Shown here piece after piece: positions 28,508-38,760 of a stretch of DNA of 64,000 bases. The translations under genes and the position numbers were made by a program. Below the pieces are notes generated by a model, which was given only the letters and a program-made list of their open reading frames with translations, was not told the DNA's origin and searched no databases. The stretch lies in the NCBI GenBank assembly GCA_963666365.2, contig CAXXNF010000001.1, positions 1,312,001 to 1,376,000 of the forward strand. The letters are read 5' to 3'. The stretch comes from Syntrophales bacterium (GTDB taxonomy: Bacteria > Desulfobacterota > Syntrophia > Syntrophales > UBA2210). Within the stretch, counting starts at the first letter, position 1. Every line of letters starts with the position of its first letter.

Positions 28508-29578
28508 CTATGCCTGTACGTGCTTGATAATCCTCACATGTGCGCTTTTCACAATTGCATAAACCCTGTCGCCCGATTGCACCTCAAGCTGTTCGACGGC
28601 GCTCCTGGTTACCAGGGCCGGTAGTTCTACGGAATCGGCAAGAAGATGTAAATAATACATTCTGCCTTCCGGGACGATGTCCTTTAGTGTGGTTTCAAGA
28701 ACATTCCGTGCTGACAGGTGGTGTGGTTCTTCTTTTGAAACAATAATATTTTCCGGTCGAATCGCCACGGTCACCTCGCTTCCGTTTTCCGCGTTATCTA
28801 TGCTCGCCAACTTCATGCCGTCTACATTGACAAATGTGTCGTCGCTGCCGTTTTTTTCAGCTGTTCCTTGCAGAATTGTGGCGCCCACGAAATTGGCAAT
28901 GAAGGGCGAACCGGGTCTGTCGAATATGTCATTGACCGATCCGAACTGCAATAGCGCCCCTTCTCTGAAAACTGCAATCTTGTTCGCAAGTGCCCAGGCG
29001 TCGTTCAAATCGTGGCTGATATGAATTACCGTCGTGTTGCTTTTTGCGATGACCCTTTTCAGGAGACGCCGCGTCTCTCGTCTTGTCTGCGGGTCAAGCG
29101 CCGAAAAAGGTTCATCCATAAGCAGCAATTTGGGATTGACGATCAAGGCTCGTGCCAATGCAACCCGCTGTTGCTCGCCGCCGGAGAGGGTATCCGGTTT
29201 CCGGTGAAGCAGATGTTCGATATTAAGGGTTCGGGCCATTTCTCTAATTTTTTCATCCCGATCGCGGATTTTTTTCTTTTTCAGACCGTATGCAATATTG
29301 TCAAACACAGTAAAATGGGGAAGAAGGGCGTAGTCCTGGTAGACAATACCGATATTTCTCTTTTCCGGAAGCTCATCAGTGATATTTATTTCCTCAAGAT
29401 AAATGGACCCTTGCTGGGGTTTCCAGAATCCCACAATACTTTCCAGGAGAATGGTCTTCCCGGCGCCTGTAGGACCGATAATCATCAGATAATCGCCCTT
29501 TTCCAGGCTAAAGAAGACCTCGCGTAAATAAAATTCTCCCAAAGAGATGTGCAGATCATCGACACGGAGAAAACTCAT
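28508..29578 (-). CDS. modC: Molybdate/tungstate ABC transporter ATP-binding protein with TOBE domain
   Basis: GPTGAGKT, LSGGEQQRV; SARN and AIVKS TOBE motifs. Confidence 0.88.
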   Translation of the reverse strand: MSFLRVDDLHISLGEFYLREVFFSLEKGDYLMIIGPTGAGKTILLESIVGFWKPQQGSIYLEEINITDELPEKRNIGIVYQDYALLPHFTVFDNIAYGLKKKKIRDRDEKIREMARTLNIEHLLHRKPDTLSGGEQQRVALARALIVNPKLLLMDEPFSALDPQTRRETRRLLKRVIAKSNTTVIHISHDLNDAWALANKIAVFREGALLQFGSVNDIFDRPGSPFIANFVGATILQGTAEKNGSDDTFVNVDGMKLASIDNAENGSEVTVAIRPENIIVSKEEPHHLSARNVLETTLKDIVPEGRMYYLHLLADSVELPALVTRSAVEQLEVQSGDRVYAIVKSAHVRIIKHVQA

Positions 29579-29580
29579 TT

Positions 29581-30363
29581 TTACAATCCCACCTCCGCTT
29601 TTTCAAATACGAAAATCGCCAGAAAGGAAACAATCATAAGAACGATTCCGCTGGTCAGCGCCATTCCCATATTTCCGTAGGAAATATTCAGATAGAGGGT
29701 AATGGGGAGAATTTCGGTTTTCATGTATGAACCGCCCGCCAGAATCAACACCGTTCCGAAGGTGCCGATGCAGCGTGCGAATGAAATGACTGTCGAGGCC
29801 ATAATCCCGTTTCTTGCCAGGGGCAGCGAGATGTTTTTGAATGTTTCAAACATCGAATACCCCAAAGATCGGGACACAAATTCCAATCTCGGATTTATGT
29901 AATCAAAGGTAGATTTCATAATGCGTATCGCATAGGGCAGTGCCGTAAAAAACTGGGCTGCCACGATGCCCTTCTTTGTAAAGACGAAATTCAATCCGAT
30001 GGAGGCAAGTACGTCTCTCATAAAGGTGTTGCCGAAAAGAAGAAGAAGGCACAGGCCGAGCACCAGTTCAGGAAATGCAATGGGCATGTCGATAACAGTT
30101 TTAACTAGTCCTTTGCCCCAAAAACGAAAACGAGAAAGTGCATAGCCAATGGGCAACGCAAACAGCATCACCAGAATCGTTGAAGTAATTCCCGTAATGA
30201 GTGACAGCTTTAGAGAAAACCGCATTTCCGGCGACCAGATATTTTGTCGTATATCTTCAAAGCTTGGGACCACAAAAAGAGACCCGATCGCCAGTACCAG
30301 CAGAAATGTGACGAAAAGGGTGATTGTGATAAAACTTACCTGAAAAAAACTTATTTTTCGCAA
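29581..30363 (-). CDS. modB: Molybdate/tungstate ABC transporter permease
   Basis: DMPIAFPELVLG and EAA-like loop SRSLG; lies between modA and modC. Confidence 0.88.
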   Translation of the reverse strand: MRKISFFQVSFITITLFVTFLLVLAIGSLFVVPSFEDIRQNIWSPEMRFSLKLSLITGITSTILVMLFALPIGYALSRFRFWGKGLVKTVIDMPIAFPELVLGLCLLLLFGNTFMRDVLASIGLNFVFTKKGIVAAQFFTALPYAIRIMKSTFDYINPRLEFVSRSLGYSMFETFKNISLPLARNGIMASTVISFARCIGTFGTVLILAGGSYMKTEILPITLYLNISYGNMGMALTSGIVLMIVSFLAIFVFEKAEVGL

Positions 30364-31109
30364 GGTTCAAAACCCCATTTTTTCCAGACATTCATCCCTT
30401 CGGGAGATGCTATATACGCATTAAATTTCAGCGCCAGCTGCTTATGAGGAGCCTTTGTGCAGACAGCCGTCGGTATCGTTTTGATCATATTATATTGTTT
30501 CTCTATGCGGACGATTTCCAATTTGCCTTTTCCCTCGGCCCATGTTACCAGGTCTCCCCAGATTATAGCGGCATCAACCTGGTTGAGTGCTACATAGATC
30601 AAAAGCTGATTCACTGTGGGTGCGTAGACGCGTATGTTGGGTTTTACCTTGTCCCAGATGCCGGCGTTGGTAAGCATTTTTTTTGCCACGCGGCCGATTG
30701 CCGGGGCTTTGGGGTCGCCGATGGCAACGCGGACATTAGGTCGGGTAAGATCCATGAACCCGCGTATCTTTGCGGGGTTTCCTTTGGGAACGGCAATAAG
30801 GGGCACGTGCAGAACCAATTTGGCAATGGTATCTTCGAGAACCCAGCCATTCTTGAGGGCATCTTCCGTGTACTTTGCTGCACCGGGAATCAGGACATCA
30901 CAGGGCTGTCCGGCCGCGACACCGGCGAAGATTTCACCGGAACTGCCGTAATGAACATCAACGGCTACGGAATGTGATTTTTCAAAATTAGTCTTCAGCT
31001 CTTCCATCGGTTTTATCAAACCGGCGCCGCTAAAGACCAAAAGATCTGCGGCGATACAGTTTGCGGAAAGGAAAAAAAAGACAATCAAAACAAACAAAAT
31101 TCGCTTCAT
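30351..31109 (-). CDS. modA: Molybdate/tungstate ABC transporter substrate-binding protein
   Basis: Signal peptide, FSGAGL, YGSSG, VPKGNP and AIGDPKAPAIG; GGAGGAG RBS. Confidence 0.88.
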   Translation of the reverse strand: MKRILFVLIVFFFLSANCIAADLLVFSGAGLIKPMEELKTNFEKSHSVAVDVHYGSSGEIFAGVAAGQPCDVLIPGAAKYTEDALKNGWVLEDTIAKLVLHVPLIAVPKGNPAKIRGFMDLTRPNVRVAIGDPKAPAIGRVAKKMLTNAGIWDKVKPNIRVYAPTVNQLLIYVALNQVDAAIIWGDLVTWAEGKGKLEIVRIEKQYNMIKTIPTAVCTKAPHKQLALKFNAYIASPEGMNVWKKWGFEPCEK

Positions 31110-31263
31110 GAGAACTCCTCCATGCATTGAAGTAGTATTTTTAAATCGTTTTCTTACATATTAGAATACTATTGTCAACTATTTGTATTATTTGTAATAA
31201 ATTTGTATTGTTGGTTATTATGAATGATTAATGGCGTTATTTTGGACGAGGGCAGAGATACAA

Positions 31264-32493
31264 ATGAATTCATCGAATCCGGAAAACATACCTGAAATAA
31301 AGGTGGAACAGGGAGGGGCGGGTTTACGAGCACACCTTGCCCCCATCCTCGTTCTCGTGGCAATCTTCTTCTTTAACTTTATCGCCAGGATTGTGCTTTC
31401 GCCGCTTACTCCTTCAATCGAAAAGGATTTGAGCCTCAATCACTCCGATATGGGATCCTTCTTTTTCTATATTACTGTCGGCTATTTTATCTCGCTTGTC
31501 GGATCCGGATTCGTTTCTTCGCGCCTGTCTCACAGGATGACAGTTGTTGTATCCGCCGCTGCAGTGGGAGTAACGCTGCTCGGTGTGTGTCTTTGTGCCG
31601 AGACGGCGAAGGGCTTTGGCCTTTGCATGTTTATTTTGGGTCTCGTGACGGGAATGTATCTTCCCTCCGGGATAGCGATCATTACGCATCTGGTGCGTCC
31701 GAGCCAGTGGGGTTCGGCAATTGCCGTTCACGAACTGGCACCGAACCTGGCCTTTGTCGCGGCGCCGCTTCTGGCGGAAGCGCTTATGTATTGGTTTTCC
31801 TGGCGCTCGGTTATGGCGGCCATAGGATTTGCATCGCTTGTGTCGGGCGCTCTATTCGCGGTTTTCGGTCAAGGAGGTTGTTTCAAGGGAGAACGCCCGC
31901 ATTTTGAAGCCTTGCGCCGGCTTGTGCTGCACCCGTCATTTTTCCTAATGGTAGGACTTTTCAGCATGGGTATCGGAAGCACGATAGGTGTATATGCCAT
32001 GCTTCCCCTCTATCTTGTGGCAGATCACGGCATTCCACGACTGGAAGCAAATACGCTGATTGCGATTTCAAGAGTGAGTACGCTTTTCGTTGTTTTCATT
32101 GGTGGATGGGCAACGGATCGTTTCGGGTCCCTGCGAACTTTGAAGAGTGTCTTTTTTTTCACGGGAACCGCCACAATACTGCTCGGCGTTGTTTCGGCCT
32201 CGTGGATAAAGATTGTTGTCCTTATCCAGCCTGTGTTTGCCGTCTGCTTCTTCCCCGCCGGTTTTGCGGTACTTTCGTCGATTGTACCGCCCAGGAGCAG
32301 GAACCTGCTGATATCACTTGTAGTTCCTGTTGCCTTTATGATCGGTGCAGGGCTTGTCCCCACCGGTATCGGCATTTTGGGAGACGCCGGTGCCTTTGAA
32401 GCGGGGTTCGCCGCGGTGGGAGCCTTTATACTGGCGGGAAGCCTGCTTGTAGGCCGTGTAAAGACAAGGGACTCCCACAAAGAATCACTGTAA
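31264..32493 (+). CDS. MFS transporter
   Basis: About 12 hydrophobic segments; GWATDRFG motif. Start uncertain (31231 or 31264). Confidence 0.88.
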   Translation: MNSSNPENIPEIKVEQGGAGLRAHLAPILVLVAIFFFNFIARIVLSPLTPSIEKDLSLNHSDMGSFFFYITVGYFISLVGSGFVSSRLSHRMTVVVSAAAVGVTLLGVCLCAETAKGFGLCMFILGLVTGMYLPSGIAIITHLVRPSQWGSAIAVHELAPNLAFVAAPLLAEALMYWFSWRSVMAAIGFASLVSGALFAVFGQGGCFKGERPHFEALRRLVLHPSFFLMVGLFSMGIGSTIGVYAMLPLYLVADHGIPRLEANTLIAISRVSTLFVVFIGGWATDRFGSLRTLKSVFFFTGTATILLGVVSASWIKIVVLIQPVFAVCFFPAGFAVLSSIVPPRSRNLLISLVVPVAFMIGAGLVPTGIGILGDAGAFEAGFAAVGAFILAGSLLVGRVKTRDSHKESL

Positions 32494-32540
32494 CGGTGAA
32501 CAGTTTTACATTTCACTCCTAAGCCGCCGGTATGTGAACC

Positions 32541-33788
32541 CTAAAAGCTCGGCTTGGCCATCACTGATCCGGTATCGATTTGCTTCCCGCTTTTGCGATC
32601 TTCAACTCCCGTATAAAAACTTGCCGGCGGAAGTTTTTTCGGGATTGTATCACCGCTTTTCACCATCTTCATGGCCCGCGCATCGGCAGGGCACGTGATG
32701 ACGCAAAGACCACAGCCGAAACACGTATCGGGATTGACCCAGGCTTTCAGTTTCTCCTGTTTGTCAGACCCGGGGTGGTGCCGCATTTCAATGGCCCCGA
32801 ATTGACAGCGCGTCACACAGACCTGACATCCGGTGCACTTGCCCGGGTCAACGGTCGCCTGATAGCAGCTCGGGGCGATCATTTTGTGAAGAGGAAACCC
32901 CATCATGATGGTTGATGCGGTGGGATCGCAGCAGCACCAGTGACAGTGGCAGATCATAGTCAGGCGGGTCGGCCTGGCCTCGTTGCTCTGGGGCATGCAG
33001 ACAAGACCCGCCTCATTAGCCATATCGTGGATTTCAAGGGCCTCTTCCACGCTGATGACACGGGCCGCTCCTCGGCGCAGGTTGTGTTCGGCCACACGAT
33101 CCATGATCAGACAAACCTCGGTCGGGCTTTTGCAGGCCCGATCTCGAACCAGCCGTTTGCAGGGGCAGTGTTCGACGGCGATGGTGCTGTAAAGTGTGAG
33201 CACCGCTTCTATATTGTCTTCAGGAATAATATTTTCAACATTTTTGAGAGACTTTCTGGCCGGCATGATGCGAAAATGGGGCGGTTCTCCTGAATTCGCC
33301 ACCGATGCCAACCTCTGATAGTAGGAGGTCGGATAGGCCTCAATCTTCAAGAAGGCTTCCCACAGGTCAAAATATTCGTCTCCAAGCCGTTCGTCGTACT
33401 TGGGATTGGACTGCGAGTCCTTGGCTTGATCGGCGGTGCGGGCCCAGCGCCATCCCCGCCTGGTGGGAAAGGCAAAACCCAGTTCAAACATGTAGTGAAT
33501 ATCCTTTTTAACTCTGTCTCTGTCGGCATTGAGCTTTCTTGCCAGCGCTTCAATCTGGTAGTGCTGAGGCTGTGCTGCCAGCGCTTCTTTCGAAAGTTCC
33601 AGAACGTCGGCTATCTCATCATCGGAGATATCAAGAGCCAATGCGAGACGGGCCTGTTCAAGTGAGAAAGCCCGTTTGATGATTCGCGGCAAATACTTGG
33701 AGCCGCCAAAGTTCATATGGGCGGCCAGTTCCTGGTACTCTTTCTCCACCTCGTTCGGATTGATTGCATACTTCTTCTCTTCAGCCAT
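32541..33788 (-). CDS. Uncharacterised Cys-rich 4Fe-4S dicluster protein
   Basis: CPCK..C..C and CHCHWCCC motifs, plus CTGCQVC..C and CFGCGLC..CP ferredoxin motifs. Confidence 0.85.
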   Translation of the reverse strand: MAEEKKYAINPNEVEKEYQELAAHMNFGGSKYLPRIIKRAFSLEQARLALALDISDDEIADVLELSKEALAAQPQHYQIEALARKLNADRDRVKKDIHYMFELGFAFPTRRGWRWARTADQAKDSQSNPKYDERLGDEYFDLWEAFLKIEAYPTSYYQRLASVANSGEPPHFRIMPARKSLKNVENIIPEDNIEAVLTLYSTIAVEHCPCKRLVRDRACKSPTEVCLIMDRVAEHNLRRGAARVISVEEALEIHDMANEAGLVCMPQSNEARPTRLTMICHCHWCCCDPTASTIMMGFPLHKMIAPSCYQATVDPGKCTGCQVCVTRCQFGAIEMRHHPGSDKQEKLKAWVNPDTCFGCGLCVITCPADARAMKMVKSGDTIPKKLPPASFYTGVEDRKSGKQIDTGSVMAKPSF

Positions 33789-33808
33789 TACCTTTACCCC
33801 CCTTTGTG

Positions 33809-34729
33809 TTATCCCACGTCCTGTAGTATTCGTTTTACTATTACCCCTATGTCCTCCTTTGCCTTCGAGTCCCCCAGAGGGTTCCCTTCAAGACCGGCTG
33901 CCGCAATCTCGTCATCGCTTTTGATTGCTCCCGCCTGACTGATATGTTTCAGCGCCAGGGCTTCGACCATCTTCCTTCGAGTCTCTTCCGAGGGGACCTT
34001 GTTCAGGATGGCCTTGACCATTCGCACACCGATTCCTTCCGCCATGTAGTCTATCTTTTCTGCAACTGCCATCGATTCAAAGGAGGGCTCTACTACAATC
34101 AGCACCGTATCGACGCTTTGTTCGACGCCGCGTCCGAAGCTTTCGACCCCTGCCTCGGCATCTATCAGTACTATCTCGTTATCGCCCAGAATGAGCTTGT
34201 CGATAAAATTGCGGCTCACATCGGCTAGCGAGCAGGCACACCCCTGAAAGGGATCTTCGATCTTGCCCACCATCATGAACTTGAGACCTTCCCGTTCCAC
34301 AATGTATTCCCTTGGAATGTCGGCCACGGTGAATTCTTCCCGATTTATCCATTCAGGATCGGCCTCCTCCTCGTCGATACCGAAGCGACTCAAAAGCTTC
34401 ATAAGCGGTTTCGGTTCCCGGTCGAACCCGAGAAGACGCCGGAGACCCGGGTTGGACTCATCGGTGTCGACTACAAGGACGCTCATGTTTTCATCCTGAA
34501 GCACCCGCCCCATGAGGGCGGTCACCGTACTTTTGCCTACCCCCCCTTTGCCGCAAATCGTTACTTTTTTGAACCTGCTGGTCCTGTCAGACTGCGATCT
34601 CAAGTAGGCCCGTATCGCTTCTGATGCCTTGATTCTGTCTTTTTTGTTGTCGGCGATGCAAAGACCGCAAAGAATACAGCCATCCCCGTCATAAAAAGGG
34701 CTGCCCAGAGGGCAATGAAACGTTCCCAT
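33809..34729 (-). CDS. CooC/AcsF-like P-loop metal-insertion ATPase with N-terminal Cys extension
   Basis: GKGGVGKS, DTDESNP, GCAC and DAEAGVESFGRG; N-terminal CP..GCILCGLC. Confidence 0.85.
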   Translation of the reverse strand: MGTFHCPLGSPFYDGDGCILCGLCIADNKKDRIKASEAIRAYLRSQSDRTSRFKKVTICGKGGVGKSTVTALMGRVLQDENMSVLVVDTDESNPGLRRLLGFDREPKPLMKLLSRFGIDEEEADPEWINREEFTVADIPREYIVEREGLKFMMVGKIEDPFQGCACSLADVSRNFIDKLILGDNEIVLIDAEAGVESFGRGVEQSVDTVLIVVEPSFESMAVAEKIDYMAEGIGVRMVKAILNKVPSEETRRKMVEALALKHISQAGAIKSDDEIAAAGLEGNPLGDSKAKEDIGVIVKRILQDVG

Positions 34730-34953
34730 CTCAACTGTGTGCTCCTTAAATATGAATGTATTTGAACTCTAAAAAAAAGAAACCGCCCTGTCAACGACAA
34801 ACACATTCGCCGGCACTATTGCGACGCGCAACGGGAATAGGCAACCATACAGTCATTACAAAGCACGATAGTATTTGTGCATCATATCGGTTGACCGGCG
34901 AATCGGATTCGAGTAAACATTGCCTTACTGTAACGAACAAAGGAGGAGAATTC

Positions 34954-35562
34954 ATGGAAAACAAAAATGATCGGCCGAAGGTGCTCGCTCTGCTGGGAAG
35001 CCCGCGTAAAAACGGCAACAGTGCCGCTCTTGCCGGACAAATTATCGCCGGAGCGGAATCGGCGGGAGTGAAAACCGAGACGATTCACCTTCATCGTCTC
35101 GAAATATCCCCCTGTCGCGCCTGCTATACCTGCCAGAAAAAGGACAGCGCCGGCTGTGCAATCGACGATGATATGCAGTCCCTCTATCCCAAGTTAATAG
35201 AAGCGGGGGGCTGGGTTTTGGCCTGTCCTGTATACTGGTTTTCCATGTGTGCCCAGATGAAACTGTTTATGGATCGCCTTTTCGGGCTTGTTGCTTACGA
35301 CCGTGATCCCTTTCGTCGGAAACATATCGCCATTGCAATGAGTTACGGAGACACGGACCCCTTTTCTTCCGGGTGCGTGAATGCATTGCGCACCTTTCAG
35401 GATGCCTTTCGATACACCGGTTCCCGCATCGTAGGGATGGTCTATGGCAGCGCCCTCGAACCAGGGGAAATTGCCACCAACACATCTCTAATGAACGAAG
35501 CAGAGGAGATGGGCAGAAAGCTGGGATCACGCCTCTTGGCCCCATCGTCTTCTGTGCGGTAA
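34954..35562 (+). CDS. Iron-sulfur flavoprotein / flavodoxin-family (NADPH-dependent FMN reductase)
   Basis: GSPRKNGNS, CRACYTC..C, PVYWF and KLFMDR; AGGAGG RBS. Confidence 0.92.
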   Translation: MENKNDRPKVLALLGSPRKNGNSAALAGQIIAGAESAGVKTETIHLHRLEISPCRACYTCQKKDSAGCAIDDDMQSLYPKLIEAGGWVLACPVYWFSMCAQMKLFMDRLFGLVAYDRDPFRRKHIAIAMSYGDTDPFSSGCVNALRTFQDAFRYTGSRIVGMVYGSALEPGEIATNTSLMNEAEEMGRKLGSRLLAPSSSVR

Positions 35563-35802
35563 GAAGTACCCGAAGGCCGGTGCCGGACACAGAGTCCAGT
35601 GAGGATAAATATAATAAATTCATAACATTATGCCAACAAAAGGGAGGTATGTTCCAAAGGTGAATTACACTATTATGGCTGCCGTTATTGAGTGATAATT
35701 AATCTTTTCTGGGATTTTTTTGTAATCCTCCAAAAAGTAAAACCGATACATCATGCTGTAATTGTTTGGCTATTGGTTGTCCGGTATGGTTTCAAAAATA
35801 TC

Positions 35803-35831
35803 TTGACATAAAAATAAAGATTCGATAGCAT
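35803..35831 (+). promoter_or_regulatory. Sigma-70 promoter for the ABC/TetR/CoA-ligase operon
   Basis: TTGACA-N17-TAGCAT. Confidence 0.6.
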
Positions 35832-36164
35832 TTTTCCGTCTTTGTTTTTTGTTTTTTTTGAGGGGGGTTCAAATGTCGTGCGCTTTCTGATGCAGGGGAG
35901 CACAGAGAGGCGCATATTCAATTTTATGTCTTACCTTTAAGAGTTTCACTACATATTCGGAGAGTAAAAAGGCAGTGTGTTGTATCCTTTTGAGCGAATA
36001 GTTCGTGATGAAGGGTCAAGGACGCTGAGAAACGTCACTTTTCGTGTGTGCACAGTGCTTCCCGCGCTCAGATTGTAAGGGGGCTTTTCCCACACCACAG
36101 TGAATAGTGACGTTCCTCAGATTGTTGCAATACCGTCCATTGCATCAATGAAGGGAGTTGGTTC

Positions 36165-37031
36165 ATGGAACTGCTCATCATTGGCACCATTAGAGGCGCC
36201 CTTTATTCTCTAATTGCCGTAGGTTTCGTACTTATATTCAGCGTCGGCGGAATTCTCAATCTCGCACACGGCACCTTTTACATGCTGGGGGCATACTTAA
36301 CGTACATCTTTTTCGTCCTCGTCTTTGGCGGATCGGGCGGCAGCGTAATGCTTGTTGTGTCGGTGATCTGCTCCGTGCTCTGCGTCGGTTTTATTTCCTG
36401 TCTTGTATACAAAGTCATTCTGAAGCCTCATATTGAGAATCTGATTTACGTCATGGTCATGACCCTTGCACTTGCGCTCTTTGTAAGTGAAATCATGTCC
36501 CTGCTGTTTGGGGTTACCGGCACCTATGTTCCCAGTCTTGTGGAGGGAAGCGTTGTTGTGTTCGGAGTGCGGGTAATTATTCAGCAGCTTATTCTCATTC
36601 CCATTGCGCTCGTGATGCTCCCGGCCCTTTGGATTTTTTTAAAAAGGACAAATTTAGGAAGGGGCATCGATGCAGTTGCACAGGAAAGAACGGGCGCCGT
36701 ACTTATGGGAGTGAGCGTCGAAAACGCCACCATGATTACCTCCGGTCTCAGTGCCGGATTTGCGGCACTGGCAGGGGCGCTTATCGCTCCTGTGTCCTCG
36801 GTCGTTCCCGAAATGTGGCTTTTCCCCCTTATTAAGGCCTTTGCCATCACCATCCTTGGAGGCATCGGGTCGCTTGTGGGGAGCATTATTGCGTCCTTTA
36901 TTCTTGCCTATGCGGAAGTCCTGAGTTCGTTTTTTATTATGGAGCAGCTTTCGGATCTGATCGCACTGGTCGTCATTGTGCTGGTTCTTCTCTTCAAGCC
37001 GTCAGGCATTATGGGATATAAACTGGGGTGA
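36165..37031 (+). CDS. Branched-chain amino acid (HAAT) ABC permease, LivH-like
   Basis: ILNLAHG and ITILGGIGS; hydrophobic. Confidence 0.92.
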   Translation: MELLIIGTIRGALYSLIAVGFVLIFSVGGILNLAHGTFYMLGAYLTYIFFVLVFGGSGGSVMLVVSVICSVLCVGFISCLVYKVILKPHIENLIYVMVMTLALALFVSEIMSLLFGVTGTYVPSLVEGSVVVFGVRVIIQQLILIPIALVMLPALWIFLKRTNLGRGIDAVAQERTGAVLMGVSVENATMITSGLSAGFAALAGALIAPVSSVVPEMWLFPLIKAFAITILGGIGSLVGSIIASFILAYAEVLSSFFIMEQLSDLIALVVIVLVLLFKPSGIMGYKLG

Positions 37032-38014
37032 GGCATATGCACGTCCAATCAAGGCTAATTTCGGTAACCAGGGCTCAATCACCGGCCGCAATGGCCCTTT
37101 TCGTGGTATTGGCGCTTTTCTCATTTTTCAGTGACAACATCTTTTACATAGAAGTGATACAACTGGCTGCAATTTATGCGATATTTGCAATGAGTTGGGA
37201 TATACTCACCGGATATACGCACGAAGTGAATTTCGGCTTTGCCTTTTTTGTCGGCGGGGCAGGGTATCTGTCGGGGATCCTGAACTCGTTCTTGTCGTTT
37301 TCGCCGTTTCTGGCAATACCGCTTGCTGCTGCGGTTGCCGGGATCACAGGGATCATCATAGGGTATCTCACTCTCCGCCTCAATGGCCCCTATTTCTCCA
37401 TGGCAACGCTGGCATTCGCCTCAATCTTATTTAAATTAAGTTTTGTGTTTTACAAGATAACCGGTGGTGAAGAAGGGATATCCAGCCTTGATCCCCTTAC
37501 CGAAAGCGTGAAATCGGGAGTGTTTGTGGTTCTTGCCGTAACGCTCTGCGTGTATTTCCTTCTGACTCTCTATGCCCGATCGAAGCGGGGAACAATTCTC
37601 AAGGCAATTCGTGCCAGTGAAGACGCCGCGAAATCCTCGGGTATCAATACCGCCTATTATAAAATAGAAGCATTCGCCATCAGCGGTTTTATGGCGGGCA
37701 TCGGCGGAGGGGTGTTTGCCCATTCTCAGATGGCGATAGGTCCCACAATGCTGTCGGGCTACATATCCATTATTGTGGTGCTCATCGCCGTTATCGGCGG
37801 CATGGGAACCATCGCCGGTCCCTTGATCAGCGCCGTCATTCTTTCCGTTATAAATGAATATTTGAGAATAGTTGAGGAATATAGAATAGTTATATATACG
37901 GGTCTCTTGATTGTGCTTATTTATGTCGCACCGGAGGGACTGTTGAATTTAAAGATAATGAAACGCTCGCGATTGGTATCGTATTTCTTTCTTGGGAACA
38001 GGAACAACACATGA
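37028..38014 (+). CDS. HAAT ABC permease, LivM-like
   Basis: LRLNGPYF, TGGEEG and IGGMGT. Confidence 0.92.
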   Translation: MRHMHVQSRLISVTRAQSPAAMALFVVLALFSFFSDNIFYIEVIQLAAIYAIFAMSWDILTGYTHEVNFGFAFFVGGAGYLSGILNSFLSFSPFLAIPLAAAVAGITGIIIGYLTLRLNGPYFSMATLAFASILFKLSFVFYKITGGEEGISSLDPLTESVKSGVFVVLAVTLCVYFLLTLYARSKRGTILKAIRASEDAAKSSGINTAYYKIEAFAISGFMAGIGGGVFAHSQMAIGPTMLSGYISIIVVLIAVIGGMGTIAGPLISAVILSVINEYLRIVEEYRIVIYTGLLIVLIYVAPEGLLNLKIMKRSRLVSYFFLGNRNNT

Positions 38015-38760
38015 GTCTTCTTCACATTGCGGGATTGACGAAAAGATTCGGCGGCCTTCAAGCCCTTAATGAAATAACGATCACTGTTGAAGCCGGTGAA
38101 ATTGTGGGGGTTATCGGGCCGAACGGGGCGGGCAAGACCACATTGTTTAACTGTATAACCGGGTTCATGAAATTTGATGCGGGATCAATCAGGTTCAACA
38201 ATCGAAACATCGCCCGCAAGCAGCCCCATGAAATCGTGAATCTCGGTTTTACGCGCACCTGGCAGTTGCTGAAACCCTTCTTCGGAATGAAGGTGATGGA
38301 ATCAATGATGCTGCCCTACTATTCAAAATCACCCCGCCTGAAAAGGATTGCCAGAACGCAGTATCTCTCAACGGTAGATGAGATCCTGTCGGATATGGGG
38401 CTTGGTGAAAAAAGAACGGCCGAGATCGATGATCTGAATCAGGGTGAATTACGGCTTCTCGATATATCCCGTGCCCTGGCGACATTTCCATCGGTGCTGC
38501 TCCTGGACGAGCCGTTTTCAGGATTATCTCAAAAGGAAATTCTGAATATCGGCGGAGTGATCCGCACGATGAATGCACGAGGCCTGACCGTGATTATTAT
38601 CGAACATCGACTTCGAGAACTTATGAAACTGGCGGAAAAAATAATCGTGATCAACTTCGGCCAAAAAATAGCGGAGGGAAATCCTGAATATATCGTTCAG
38701 GAACCGCAGGTAATAGAAGCGTACCTGGGAAAGAAGGGGATCAATCTTGTCACTGCTTGA
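38011..38760 (+). CDS. HAAT ABC ATP-binding protein, LivG-like
   Basis: FGGL, GPNGAGKT, LLDEP and AYLG. Confidence 0.93.
   Translation: MSLLHIAGLTKRFGGLQALNEITITVEAGEIVGVIGPNGAGKTTLFNCITGFMKFDAGSIRFNNRNIARKQPHEIVNLGFTRTWQLLKPFFGMKVMESMMLPYYSKSPRLKRIARTQYLSTVDEILSDMGLGEKRTAEIDDLNQGELRLLDISRALATFPSVLLLDEPFSGLSQKEILNIGGVIRTMNARGLTVIIIEHRLRELMKLAEKIIVINFGQKIAEGNPEYIVQEPQVIEAYLGKKGINLVTA

Noticed and set aside
35642..35702. GGAGGT + ATG TTC CAA AGG TGA as a Sec-containing or leader peptide
   Set aside because: Readthrough gives only 17 unremarkable codons and there is no SECIS-like hairpin.
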